In this document: positions 1 through 9,604 of the stretch, piece by piece
Numbering within the stretch: the stretch's first letter is position 1
Layout: the number at the start of each line of letters is the position of its first letter
NCBI RefSeq assembly: GCF_004010195.1
Contig: NC_057753.1
Location: 9,820,864-9,840,863, forward strand
DNA length: 20,000 bases
Direction of reading: 5' to 3'
From: Chiloscyllium plagiosum
Lineage: Eukaryota
Program-made: the position numbers and the translations under genes
The notes under the pieces: model-generated
Seen by the model: only the letters and a program-made list of their open reading frames with translations
Told to the model about the DNA's origin: nothing
The model's database searches: none

Positions 1-183
1 TCAGATCATAATTATTCTCTTCAATGTGTGCAGTCAATTCATTCGCTTTTGTTACAATGCAGCACACATTCAGACACGCTGTTTTTAGTTTCAATTTTTG
101 TGATCCTTAGAATCCAGTTTTGATTGCTGGTACATTTACTCTCCTTGTCCCTTTCTATTGTCCTCTGATGTTAATTTCCCACA
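1..183 (+). mobile_element. 3' part of ERV LTR (copy 1, cut by window start)
   Basis: Near-identical to 2929-3111; ends ...TTTCCCACA at 183, followed by the same host flank as copies 2 and 3. Confidence 0.7.
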
Positions 184-206
184 TGACTACATTGCTCACC
201 GGCCTT

Positions 207-290
207 GATTTGGATTGGCCATGCTAAATTGCCCACAGTGCCCAGGGATATGCAGGTTAAGTGGGTTAGCCATGGGAAATGCAGGGTTAT
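207..290 (+). mobile_element. Shark-type tRNA-derived SINE fragment (HE1/V-SINE-like body)
   Basis: GGATTGGCCATGCTAAATTGCCC...GGGATATGCAGGTTA...CATGGGAAATGCAGGG; also at ~3135-3220, ~13951-14035 and antisense at ~7255-7350; family named from memory. Confidence 0.7.
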
Positions 291-299
291 AGTTACATA

Positions 300-740
300 G
301 TAATAGAAGCAGAAGTAGGCCATTTGACCCGTCCAGTTTGCTCCACCATTCGTTATTATCATGGCTGATCGATTCATTGTCTCAGCTCCTCCTCCCTGCA
401 TGTCACAAGTAATCCCTTAATTCCCCGACCATGCAAAAACCCATCCAACTATGTCTTGATTATACTTAATGAAGCTGCCTCTACTGCTTTCTTCGGCAAA
501 GAATTCCATAGATTCACTACTCAACGGGAAAAGGAGCTCCTCTTCATCTTCATACCGAACACCGCCTTCACTAACCTGTCCACCTGAGACTTCACTTTCA
601 AGGAATTATGAACCTGCACTCCAAGGTCTCTTTGTTCTGCAACACTCCCCTTAACTGTGTCAGCCCTGCCTGGATTGCTTGACCAAAATGCAAAACCTCA
701 CATTTCTCTAAATTAAACTCCGTCTGCAGTCCTCAGCCCA
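300..740 (-). mobile_element. Degraded CR1/L2-group LINE 3' fragments (antisense)
   Basis: Antisense of the LINE end seen on + at 3830-4215 (GAATTCCATAGATTCAC, AGAAGCAGAAGTAGGCCATT); duplicated at ~3230-3670 and ~14045-14480. Confidence 0.7.
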
Positions 741-858
741 TCAGGTAAATTCGAATTTATAGCGAACTGTTTTCTTCTCTTATTCCCTTGAAGCTGAGAA
801 TCTCCATCCCACACACTATCCCTCCATTCTCACTTTGCTGAACCTAATCCCTGCTGTA

Positions 859-1345
859 GCAGGGAGGGAATGGGTAATACTCTGTTACAAACTTGGTGGC
901 ACCCAGATTTTCAGAAAGCAGCGAGGAAAAGAGCTGAAGAGTGTTTAATTTGTAAATAAACAACATGCATGCTGTAAGAGGGCTGCCCTGCATTTGCTAA
1001 CCACTTCCTTGCCTAGTGGGCCTTTTTACCTGTCTACAACTTGCTCTTATAGAATTACGTTGCGTATGTTGTTATGAATATTGTCTAATAAGAGTAGATG
1101 TATTTAGTAGATGAATCAAACCATCCCAATGATTGAAACAGCTGCCACTATAGTGTTGGACAAATGCGAAATATTTGCATCAGTTCACCAAAACTCTTCA
1201 AAGTTTGCATTCACAGGTACGCCAAGCCAAAGAATTAGTACTGGGCATATTGGAGTCGAGATGGAAGGGCCCATTCCTAGTCCTGTTGGTCACCCATTCA
1301 GCAGTCAAGGTCAAGGGGAGGCCGCATGGACACACACAACACAAT
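859..1345 (+). pseudogene. pol: Class I ERV pol remnant (internally deleted integrase)
   Basis: GMGNTLLQTWWHPDFQKAARKRAEECLICK (end of HHCC domain); GPF/TCLQLALIEL..YEYCLIRVDVFSR* (core start, first catalytic Asp appears lost); RWKGPFLVLLVTHSAVKVKG (GPY/F C-terminal motif); stops and frameshifts. Confidence 0.85.
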
Positions 1346-1417
1346 GCAAACGAGCACCATCTCCTGGAGGAACACAGAAGACCCCGCCAGAGACACATCT
1401 TCAGCCTTCATCCGTGA

Positions 1418-2290
1418 ATGGCTCAGCCTGATCGTTCTGCCTTTCACTGCACTCTTTCTTATCTTTCTTTCACTAACTATGTTTGATTGGGCCTGATAAC
1501 CTCAAGTAAACGGGAATTACAGTTTAATATTTTTCTTTCTACACAGAAGGTCAACCACTCTAGCTGGGTATGTGCACATATCCCCATCCATCCCAAACTC
1601 GCACCAAGCGAGCCCTTATAGAATTTGACCGACTTGAAGCTTTCTTTCCCCCTGCCTTTGGAACTGCTCAACTGGAAATCAAAGTCACCTCGCAGACAAT
1701 CCTGTGCTAGGCTCAGTTTACTGTTGTGGCCCTCCTCTCCAGCGATCTCTCAGATGCCGAGATTTCCCCCTTCCCGATAATGATTCCCAATCCCTGGAGC
1801 TGTCTGTCCCTGTCCTTACTGAACCCGAGGACTTTCTGTCTGATCTCCAACCACCACCCCTTGACAAACCCCCTTTTGCTGACACCCACAATCTCTTCTT
1901 TTTAATAAAAAGGAAGGGACTGTGGGAGAATTTGACCAAAATTGCCACAAAACTGCATCAAAGTCATTTTGTCACAAAGCAATGTTTGCAGTAAAATGTA
2001 GCCTGCTAACAGAATGCTGTCTGAGCCCTGGCTAAGGAATTCTGTTTGATAGCCTGCAGCTGCAAGGTCAGGCTGTCTCTGCTCCTCGGGCCATTAGACT
2101 GTGCTGCTTCATAGAATGATGGATTGTTTCTCTCTGTCCCTTATCGGTAATTCGAGCCGAGCTAAACCTGCAGTAGAAGATAACATTCAGTTTGGCAGAC
2201 ATTAAGAAATGTGAACCTTACAACTGCCCCTCCGTTGCATAATTAATGGACAGTAGGCTTGTGTTTTACCATAAAACTTGTAACATTCTG
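1418..2290 (+). pseudogene. env: ERV env remnant (copy 2)
   Basis: Hydrophobic WLSLIVLPFTALFLIFLSL directly after integrase, then NHSSWVCAHIPIH (1553-1591); copy 3 reads NHSSC*VCAHIPIH, giving consensus CWVC (CxxC of gamma-type SU); 3' limit approximate. Confidence 0.6.
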
Positions 2291-2631
2291 TATTTCATTG
2301 TTCAACACAAAGTGCAACGTATTCCAAATAGGTCTTCCCCATGGCAACGAATAAAGCTAGTTAATTGCTCAAGGTCTCCTCTCCTGACTACTTTGCTTTA
2401 AATGATTTGGCACACAAGTTACTTTGCCCCAACAGTACTAACAGTTACATCTAAGGGAGACAGAATTCCTCATGTAGGGGACATCAGAATCCTGGGAGAC
2501 CCCTATTTCTGATTTACTTACTAATGAACAAACATTAAGTATTTATTTTATTCTAATTTTATTTCATTTTTCTTCTTTGATTCCCTGCTATGGCTACACT
2601 ATGTGTCTGGATGGTTGAAAGACTGGGAGAT

Positions 2632-3111
2632 TGTGGGTAGGCTTTCGATTGACTGAACGTTTTATTGTTCTGGAAGCTGTAAAGAAGCGTAAAAGCTTCA
2701 GCAGAAATCCAGTAGAGCTGAGAACAGACCGATATCATACTCCTTGGGAACAGGGAGATCAGCAGAGGACAGAGAAATCAGGACCTGAAATCCAAGCTGA
2801 CACCAGACTACCCTGTGATCTGTGCTTTGATTAGCAGTGCCAACCCTCTGCCTTTACCTATTTGACTACCCCCTTGATATTCCGGATCCAATCCTTGTCA
2901 TCCTGAAGCCATGTCTCTGTAAGGAGTCTCAGACCATAATTATTCTCTTCAATGTGTGCAGTCAATTCATTCGCTTTTGTTACAATGCAGCACACATTCA
3001 GACACACCGTTTTTAGTTTCAATTTTTGTGACCTTTAAAATCCAGTTTTGATTGCTGGTACATTTACTCCCCTTGTCCCTTTCTATTGTCCTCTGATGTT
3101 AATTTCCCACA
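2632..3111 (+). mobile_element. ERV 3' LTR (copy 2, 480 bp)
   Basis: Terminal inverted repeats TGTGGG (2632-2637) and CCCACA (3106-3111); preceded by purine-rich GAAAGACTGGGAGAT; lies downstream of pol/env remnants. Confidence 0.75.
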
Positions 3112-3829
3112 CGACTACATTGCTCACCGGCCTTAATTTGGATTGGCCATGCTAAATTGCCCATAGTGTCCAGGGATGTGCAGGTTAGGTGGGTTAGCCA
3201 TGGGAAATGCAGGGTTATAGTTTCATAGTAATAGAAGCAGGAGTAGGCTATTTGACCCGTCCAGTTTGCTCCACCATTCGTTATTATCGTGGCTGATCGA
3301 TCCATTGTCTCAGCTTCTCCTCCCTGCATGTCACAAGTAATCCCTTAATTCCCCGACCATGCAAAAACCCATCCAACTGTGTCTTGACTATACTTAATAA
3401 AGCTACCTCTACTGCTTTCTTCGGCAAAGAATTCCATAGATTCACTACTTAACGGGAAAAGGAGCTCCTCTTCATCTTCATACCGAACGCCGCCTTCACT
3501 AACCTGTCCACCTGAGACTCCACTTTCAAGGAATTATGAACCTGCACTCCAAGGTCTCTTTGTTCTGCAACACTCCCCTTAACTGTGTCAGTTCTGCCTG
3601 GATTGCTTGACCAAAATGCAAAACCTCACATTTCTCTAAATTAAACTCCATCTGCCAGTCCTCAGCCCATCAGGTAAATTCTAATTTATAGCGAACTGTT
3701 TTCCTCTCTTATTCCCTTGAAGCTGAGAATCTCCAACCCACACACTATCCCTCCATTCTCACTTTGCTGAACCTAATCCCTGCTGTACCACATCCTGAAG
3801 GGTCTGGTTCATGCTGATTAACAGACCCA

Positions 3830-4215
3830 CACTCAGGGGGAATCTAACTGAAACATACAGAATACTGAATGACCTGGAGAGAGTAGACATTAGGAAGATG
3901 TTTCCATTGGGAGGAGAGACTAGGACCCGAGGGCCCAGCCTTAAAGTGAAGGGAAAACCTTTGAGAACAGAGATAAGGAGAAACCTGTTCAGGCAGAGTG
4001 TGGTGAATCTATGAAACTCACTGCCACAGAAGGCTGTGTAGGCCAGGTCACTGAGGATATTTAGGACTGAGCTAGATAGGTTTGAGTTTAAAGGGGGAAT
4101 CAAGAGTTACGGAAAGAAAGCAGGAGAATGGAGTTGAGAAACCAAGCAGCCATGATTAAATGGTGGAGCACACCTGATATGCTGAATGGCCTCATTTCTG
4201 CTCCTACGTCTGATG
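3830..4215 (+). mobile_element. CR1/L2-group LINE 3' end (ORF2 C-terminus and tail)
   Basis: LRGNLTETYRILNDLERVD..MFPL..TRTRGPSLK..RRNLFRQSVVNL*NSLP, typical CR1/L2 ORF2 C-terminus, followed by GCTGAATGGCCTCATTTCTGCTCCT tail. Confidence 0.85.
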
Positions 4216-4324
4216 ATCTCTTGCTGTCCTGGACACAGAGTGAGAGGATTGGGAGCAGGAGTAGGCCATTTGGTCTTCCAAGCTTGCACTTGCATTGAAC
4301 ACATATTAATCTACCAATATCTCG

Positions 4325-4676
4325 GTGGATAGGCTGGGACTTTTTTCACTGGAGCACAGGAGGTTGAGAAGTGACCTTATAGAGGTTTATAAAATCATGA
4401 GGGGCATAATGAGGTGACCGCCAGGTATCCTTTCCCTCGGGTGTGGGTTTCAAGATTCGGCAGCAAATTTGATGGTGAGAGGAGAAAGATTTTAAACAGG
4501 CAGGAGGGACACAGAGAGTGGTTTGTGTGTGGCATGAATGTCCAGAGGAAATAGTGGATGTAGGTACAGTAACAACATTTAAAAGACATTTCGATAAGTA
4601 CATGAACAGGCACGGTTGAGAGGAACATGGGCCAAGCACTGGCAGGCAGGACTTGTTAGGTTCGTTAGTATAGTCA
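4325..4676 (+). mobile_element. CR1/L2-group LINE 3' fragment
   Basis: LGLFSLEHRRLRSDLIEVYKIMRG motif and ACATTTAAAAGACATT; runs into the gap. Confidence 0.8.
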
Positions 4677-5176
4677 NNNNNNNNNNNNNNNNNNNNNNNN
4701 NNNNNNNNNNNNNNNNNNNNNNNNNNNNNNNNNNNNNNNNNNNNNNNNNNNNNNNNNNNNNNNNNNNNNNNNNNNNNNNNNNNNNNNNNNNNNNNNNNNN
4801 NNNNNNNNNNNNNNNNNNNNNNNNNNNNNNNNNNNNNNNNNNNNNNNNNNNNNNNNNNNNNNNNNNNNNNNNNNNNNNNNNNNNNNNNNNNNNNNNNNNN
4901 NNNNNNNNNNNNNNNNNNNNNNNNNNNNNNNNNNNNNNNNNNNNNNNNNNNNNNNNNNNNNNNNNNNNNNNNNNNNNNNNNNNNNNNNNNNNNNNNNNNN
5001 NNNNNNNNNNNNNNNNNNNNNNNNNNNNNNNNNNNNNNNNNNNNNNNNNNNNNNNNNNNNNNNNNNNNNNNNNNNNNNNNNNNNNNNNNNNNNNNNNNNN
5101 NNNNNNNNNNNNNNNNNNNNNNNNNNNNNNNNNNNNNNNNNNNNNNNNNNNNNNNNNNNNNNNNNNNNNNNNNNNN
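4677..5176. other. Assembly gap (500 N)
   Basis: Exactly 500 N, probably a fixed-size scaffold gap. Confidence 0.99.
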
Positions 5177-5670
5177 GTCAAATCTTCAGCAGAGCTGAGA
5201 ACAGACTAACATCGAGATGCCTTTTAACTGTTGTAATTACATCAGTCGCCACCACTTCCTCTGGCAGTTCGTTCCACACGTAACATCCTCTGTGTGAAAA
5301 GGTTTCCCCTCCGGTTCCTTTCAAATCATTCCCCTCTCACCTCAAATGTATGCCCTCCAGTTTTGGACTCCCCTATCCTGGGGAAAAGACTTTAAGTACT
5401 CACCCTATCCATGCCCCTCACAAACGTCTATAAGATCACCCTTCAGCCTCCGATGCTCCAGGGTAAATATTCCCAGCCTATTCAGTCTGTTGCTGTAGCT
5501 CAAATCTTCCAAATCTGGCAACAATCTTGTAAATCTTTCAAAGTTTCATATGTTTCCTATAGCAGGGAGACCAGAACTGAACACAGTATTCCAAAAGTGG
5601 CCTAACCACTGCCCTGCACATCCACAACAGAACCTCCCAGCTCCTGTACTCTCTGCTGTGACTAATAAAG

Positions 5671-5894
5671 TTGAAAAATGTGGTGCTGGAAAAACACAGC
5701 AGGCCAGGCAGCATCCGAGGAGCAGGAGAATCGACGTTTCGGGCATAAGCCCTTCTTCACCTCATTCCTGAAGAAGGGCTTATGCCCGAAACGTCGATTC
5801 TCCTGCTCCTTGGATGCTGTCTGGCCTGTGTTTTTCCAGCACCACATTTTTCAACTCTGGTACACCAGCATCTGCAGTCTTCACTTTCTCCTAG
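5671..5894 (+). mobile_element. Short Penelope-like (pseudo-LTR-derived) insertion with inverted 5' duplication and 14-bp TSD
   Basis: Inverted arms 5669-5759 and 5769-5856 with 9-nt spacer; direct repeat TGTGACTAATAAAG at 5657-5670 and 5895-5908; body matches 15508-15638 and 16828-16917. Confidence 0.85.
5764..5799 (+). ncRNA. Minimal type I hammerhead ribozyme motif (PLE-type)
   Basis: CUGAAGA (5768-5774), A, stem II GGGC-uuau-GCCC, GAAA (5788-5791), palindromic stem III ACGU with GUC triplet (predicted cut after 5795), short stem I UC/GA. Confidence 0.8.
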
Positions 5895-6264
5895 TGTGAC
5901 TAATAAAGGCCAGCATACCAAATGCCTTCTTCACTATCCTGCCTACCTGAGACTCCACTTTCAAGGAACTATGTCTCTTTGCTCTGCAACACTCGTCTTA
6001 ACTGTCAGTCCTGGCTGGATTCGCTTCATCTTATCAACACCTCAAGGCCAGGAACCTGGAACATTTGAGTTCCTTTCCATATATGGAGTTATTTTTCTCA
6101 TTCCTTGACTGATATGATAGTTTACTGGTCTTGTACATCTGCTGTTAGGTTGGTTTAACTTTACATTTTTCTCTGCCTGTCTGCAAAGTCAGGCCCTTAC
6201 TTCTTTGTTTCCCTGTGCTTTTATAGATTTCACAATAAATGTTAATTTTCCATTACACCAGCTG

Positions 6265-6670
6265 GGTACCTTTTAAATGCTGTAACTGTACCAGCCGCCA
6301 CCACTTCCTCTGGCAGCTCATTCCTTACATGCACCATGCTCTGAATACAGGAATTGCCCCTTAGGTTCATTTTAAATCCCACCCTCACCCTGCACTTATG
6401 ACCCATTCAGGGAAAAGACCTTGTCTATTTACCCTATCCATGCCCCTCATGATATTATATAAGTTTGTAGGTCACCCTCAGCCTTTGGCACTCGAGAGAA
6501 AACAGCCCCACCCTACTGAGCTCAAACCCTGACAACATCCTTGTCAATCTTTTCAGAATCCTTTCAAGTTTCACAACATCCTTCCTCTAGCAGAGAGACC
6601 GGAACTGCATACAACATTCTAAAAGTGGCCTAACCAATGTCTGGTGCAGCTACAACATAACTTCCCATAA
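6265..6670 (-). mobile_element. CR1/L2-group LINE 3' fragment (antisense)
   Basis: Paralogous to 5214-5640 (CCACCACTTCCTCTGGCAGCTCATTCC, CCCTATCCATGCCCCTCATGAT, AAAAGTGGCCTAACCA). Confidence 0.8.
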
Positions 6671-6974
6671 TTCCTATAAGCAGAGGATTGGGAAAGTTTT
6701 CAAAATCCACAAAAGACAACCGGGAAAGAATGGAGGGACAAACCGAACTTTTTGAGGGTCAGCTTGGAACATCAGGGCAGGGGGATGGGAATGAGGGAAG
6801 GAAGCTGAATGTGCTGGAGCCAAGGTGGAGGAAGAACAGGATGCAAAACCGGTTTGAAGCTGCAATGAGGAATATTGCATGTGCTGTACTTGTACCTGTT
6901 GCAGTTACTGGTGGGAATCGCATTTTGAAAAAATAAAAACAAGGAAGCTATCTACCCCTCTGCCTTCCCAACGT

Positions 6975-7090
6975 CGATCCTTCTGTTCCGCCGTGTGACG
7001 TCAATAAAGAGGGGCGGGGAGAGGATAAGTGACGTCAAAGGGGCTGGGTGAGATAGTCAGCGGGCTTCCGCGCTACGCATGCGCTGCCCT
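6975..7090. promoter_or_regulatory. CpG-rich promoter-like cluster: two CRE, GC box, ETS-like, NRF1-like
   Basis: TGACGTCA at 6996-7003 and 7030-7037, GGGGCGGGG 7011-7019, CTTCCG ~7065-7070, ACGCATGCGC 7075-7084; CpGs retained. Confidence 0.6.
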
Positions 7091-7144
7091 GCAGCAGAAG
7101 GGGTGGAGAACACTGTCCAAAAACCCCTTCCCTTCAGAGAATCC

Positions 7145-7350
7145 CCACAGTTGGAAGCAGGCCACTGGGCCCTACGACTCAATACCGACCCTCCCAAGGG
7201 TAACCCATCCACACCCATTCCCCTACCCTCATTGCTCTACATTTAACCCTGAGTAATGCACCTTACTTGCACATTCCTGGACATTATGCTTAATTTAGCA
7301 AAGCCAATCCACCCCAACCTGCACATCCCTGGGCACTATGGGTAATTCAG
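7145..7350 (-). mobile_element. Shark-type SINE (HE1-like) with LINE-derived tail, antisense
   Basis: AATTTAGCAAAGCCAATCCACC...CCTGCACATCCCTGGGCACTATGGG is the reverse complement of the SINE body at 207-290. Confidence 0.7.
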
Positions 7351-7355
7351 GTGGT

Positions 7356-7883
7356 TGTGGCATACAAGATCATAATATGGGAGATTAGAAATGTTGTTTT
7401 TGCAGGTGGGGTGGGTGTTAATTCTTGTAGCATGTAGCATACTTAAGGCTAAGACTTTAATGAATATAGAGGGTCTTTTAAAGAAAATAGTTTTAAGCTA
7501 GGAAATAACTTTAAAGTGTTATAGTTGACCACAAAAAGAAGCAACAGAGGCATTTCATAATAAAGCTTATAGTATGATAAGAGAAACTGGATAAAAGACC
7601 AAGCTGTAACAAACCAGGAACAAAGAATGCAGACAAGGACAGCAGGATGGCCAGATAAGAAAATAACTAACAAGTGAGGTAATCGGCTTATGATAGGATG
7701 GGAAAAGGGAGGCGTGATTCCGCAACTTGTAAATTAAATAAGAATGCTAACAAGCTCTGTTTTCGCGCGCATTTCTGCTTGATTGCAGAAGCGTCCGGTT
7801 CTTGCAAGATTGTAATAAATTGTTCTTGTTTCCAAGGCTTTGTCTCAGGCTGATTGATTTGTGAGTGAGTTCTGTTTCTCACA
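7356..7883 (+). mobile_element. Putative solo LTR of a different family
   Basis: TGTG...CACA ends, AATAAA at 7814-7819 followed by GT-rich U5-like tract; no TSD seen. Confidence 0.45.
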
Positions 7884-8099
7884 ATAAGACAGACTTTATA
7901 GCAAAACATTACCATATCCTGCCACTGAAATGGTATATTGAACTAACCTGGATTGTTAAGTCTTTCACCTTTTCGAATGGGTTGCAGGTATCATTACAAT
8001 GTAAACTCCAGAATTTCTTGTACATTATCTTCTTGAGATAACAAGGTTTTGTAGCAAAAGGTGACAATGTTTTATGATTTACATACAAAAAAACTGAAA

Positions 8100-8300
8100 C
8101 CAAATGGTCATTCTAACAGATAAGAGACTTAACAAACATTCCAGATCTTTTTCAATATATAATTTCTGTTACATCACACTGTAAACTTTGTAAGACACAG
8201 AATTTATACCAATCTTATACTCCATAAACACCTGATGGACCTGTACTCCTAAAGCTAGTGCTTCCGATTAACTATAACCTGGTATTGTGTAATTTTTAAC
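8100..8300 (+). mobile_element. PLE 3' region, second family, with degenerate hammerhead-like motif
   Basis: CACCTGATGG...CTCCTAAAGCTAGTGCTTCC...ACTATAACCTGGT, homologous to 16735-16827. Confidence 0.55.
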
Positions 8301-8463
8301 TCTGCAAATACACATTCACTCCCATGGACTTATGTGTGTGCATGACAGAGAGAAAAGTCTACGTCAGTGTTGTACATCTCTACGTCTATTTGATAACAGA
8401 TGCTTTATTTCTGTTGATGTATATAGTGTAGTAAATCTTAGCTAGGTACTAATATTTAGATGT

Positions 8464-8487
8464 GAGAGAGAGAGAGAGAGAGAGAGT
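8464..8487 (+). repeat. (GA)n microsatellite
   Basis: GA dinucleotide run seen directly. Confidence 0.9.
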
Positions 8488-8616
8488 TCCTCAAGTAGGG
8501 CACCATAAGAATCCTGGGAGATCCCTATTTCTGGATTACTTCCTAATGAACAAACATTAAGCACGATCGCCTATTTATTTCTCATTTTGTTCCATTATTC
8601 TTGTTTTATTCCCTGC
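8488..8616 (+). mobile_element. Extra copy of the ERV pre-LTR (3' internal) segment
   Basis: TTCCTCAAGTAGGGCACC..AGAATCCTGGGAGA.CCCTATTTCTG...TAATGAACAAACATTAAG...TTCCCTGC matches 2466-2588 and 13269-13399. Confidence 0.8.
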
Positions 8617-8800
8617 AAGGATGTGGGAGAATTGTTAGATTTGGGTCAGCCATTTTGTCACATATTAAAAGTCTGGAAACCATTTTGACTCTCATCTTAG
8701 TGCCTGCTTGCTAAAGCTTATGTTTCCCAGACTAAGCGGAGACGGTTGGCCTGCAGCTGTACTGCTCCCTGATAAACAAATTCTTTCCATCCCCCACAGT

Positions 8801-8818
8801 TGGCGAGTCAGGCAGGAG
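8801..8818 (+). promoter_or_regulatory. Primer binding site complementary to tRNA-Arg(ACG)
   Basis: TGGCGAGTCAGGCAGGAG, 2 nt after ...CCCACA; 16/18 match to TGGCGAGCCAGCCAGGAG, the complement of the vertebrate tRNA-Arg(ACG) 3' end recalled from memory. Confidence 0.8.
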
Positions 8819-9604
8819 ATACCCTGGTCCTGCCAGGTCACCGGCCGATATTCTTTGAGAGGGGAAATATAGAAGGTATTTGCTGCTTCTGTTGTGTCCA
8901 AAATAAAAAGGAAAGCTGGCCAGGGTCAAAAATGCTGTTAGAAATGCTGATACAATTCTCGCTACTCAGCCACAAGATACTAGTGTGAATACTCAACAGG
9001 GTCCTAGCATCTGGACATAATGTTGCTGAGAGCACTTGTGCTTTACAAAGTTAGTAATAATGAATTTGCTTGCCCCAGGGTTTTGAGAGGTGAAACCCTA
9101 TTTGATAAACCCTGCACTCACACTGAGGTCCATGGCATGTTTCAAGATGCCCCTGATCTGTTCAAGTGCCCAACATTAGTTTTAATTGCCGAGTAGAAAT
9201 CTGCAGTGAGTATAATTGCTCGCTTCAGGATGTCCAGACTTGAATGAATTCGACATACAGGACACATTGGGCAACTATTAAAGACTCAGTTGTACTTCCC
9301 CTGGGTTGTGGACTCATGCAGAGAAACAAATAACTTGATTGAAAACAGTGTTCGATTTGCAAATAGAATGGCTGAGAGGTATTTAGAGTTTGCACACTTG
9401 GTTAAGCAGCTATGCGTCACAGCCAGGATTTATGAGGCTCAACTCCCTAACTTGGGCTGTTCTGGAATGTGAGTGCCTCATTACCCTTGGAAAGTAGGAA
9501 TAAATAAAAGCTGACAAACAGATATGAAGAAAGTTGGAGAATGTTACAGAGAGAGAGAGGTGCGTAGGGAGGGGGGGGGGTCGTAGGCAGGCAGAGAGAG
9601 GGGA

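Larger units (their letters stand above)
1..3787 (+). repeat. Tandem segmental duplication, unit ~2.93 kb (1-858 repeats as 2929-3787; junction at 858/859)
   Basis: 1-858 aligns almost base for base with 2929-3787; after CTGCTGTA (851-858) the sequence jumps into the ERV integrase, whereas the other copies continue into host/LINE DNA. Confidence 0.92.
5214..5990 (-). mobile_element. CR1/L2-group LINE 3' fragment (antisense), interrupted by a PLE module
   Basis: ACCACTTCCTCTGGCAG, CCCTATCCATGCCCCTCA, AAAGGCCAGCATACCAAATGCCTTCTTCAC are antisense ORF2 C-terminal sequence; split at the 14-bp duplication. Confidence 0.8.

Noticed and set aside
1704..1994. Shared ORF MLGSV.CCGPPLQRS in copies 2 and 3
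   Set aside because: Similarity reflects DNA duplication; non-ATG start, different ends, no domain recognised
4579..5209. ORFs spanning the N run
   Set aside because: Gap artefacts
5662..5899. Mirror-image ORFs MWCWKNT... on both strands
   Set aside because: Consequence of the inverted repeat
9260..9530. gag remnant
   Set aside because: Position fits, but no recognisable motif (no MHR or CCHC knuckle), so not called
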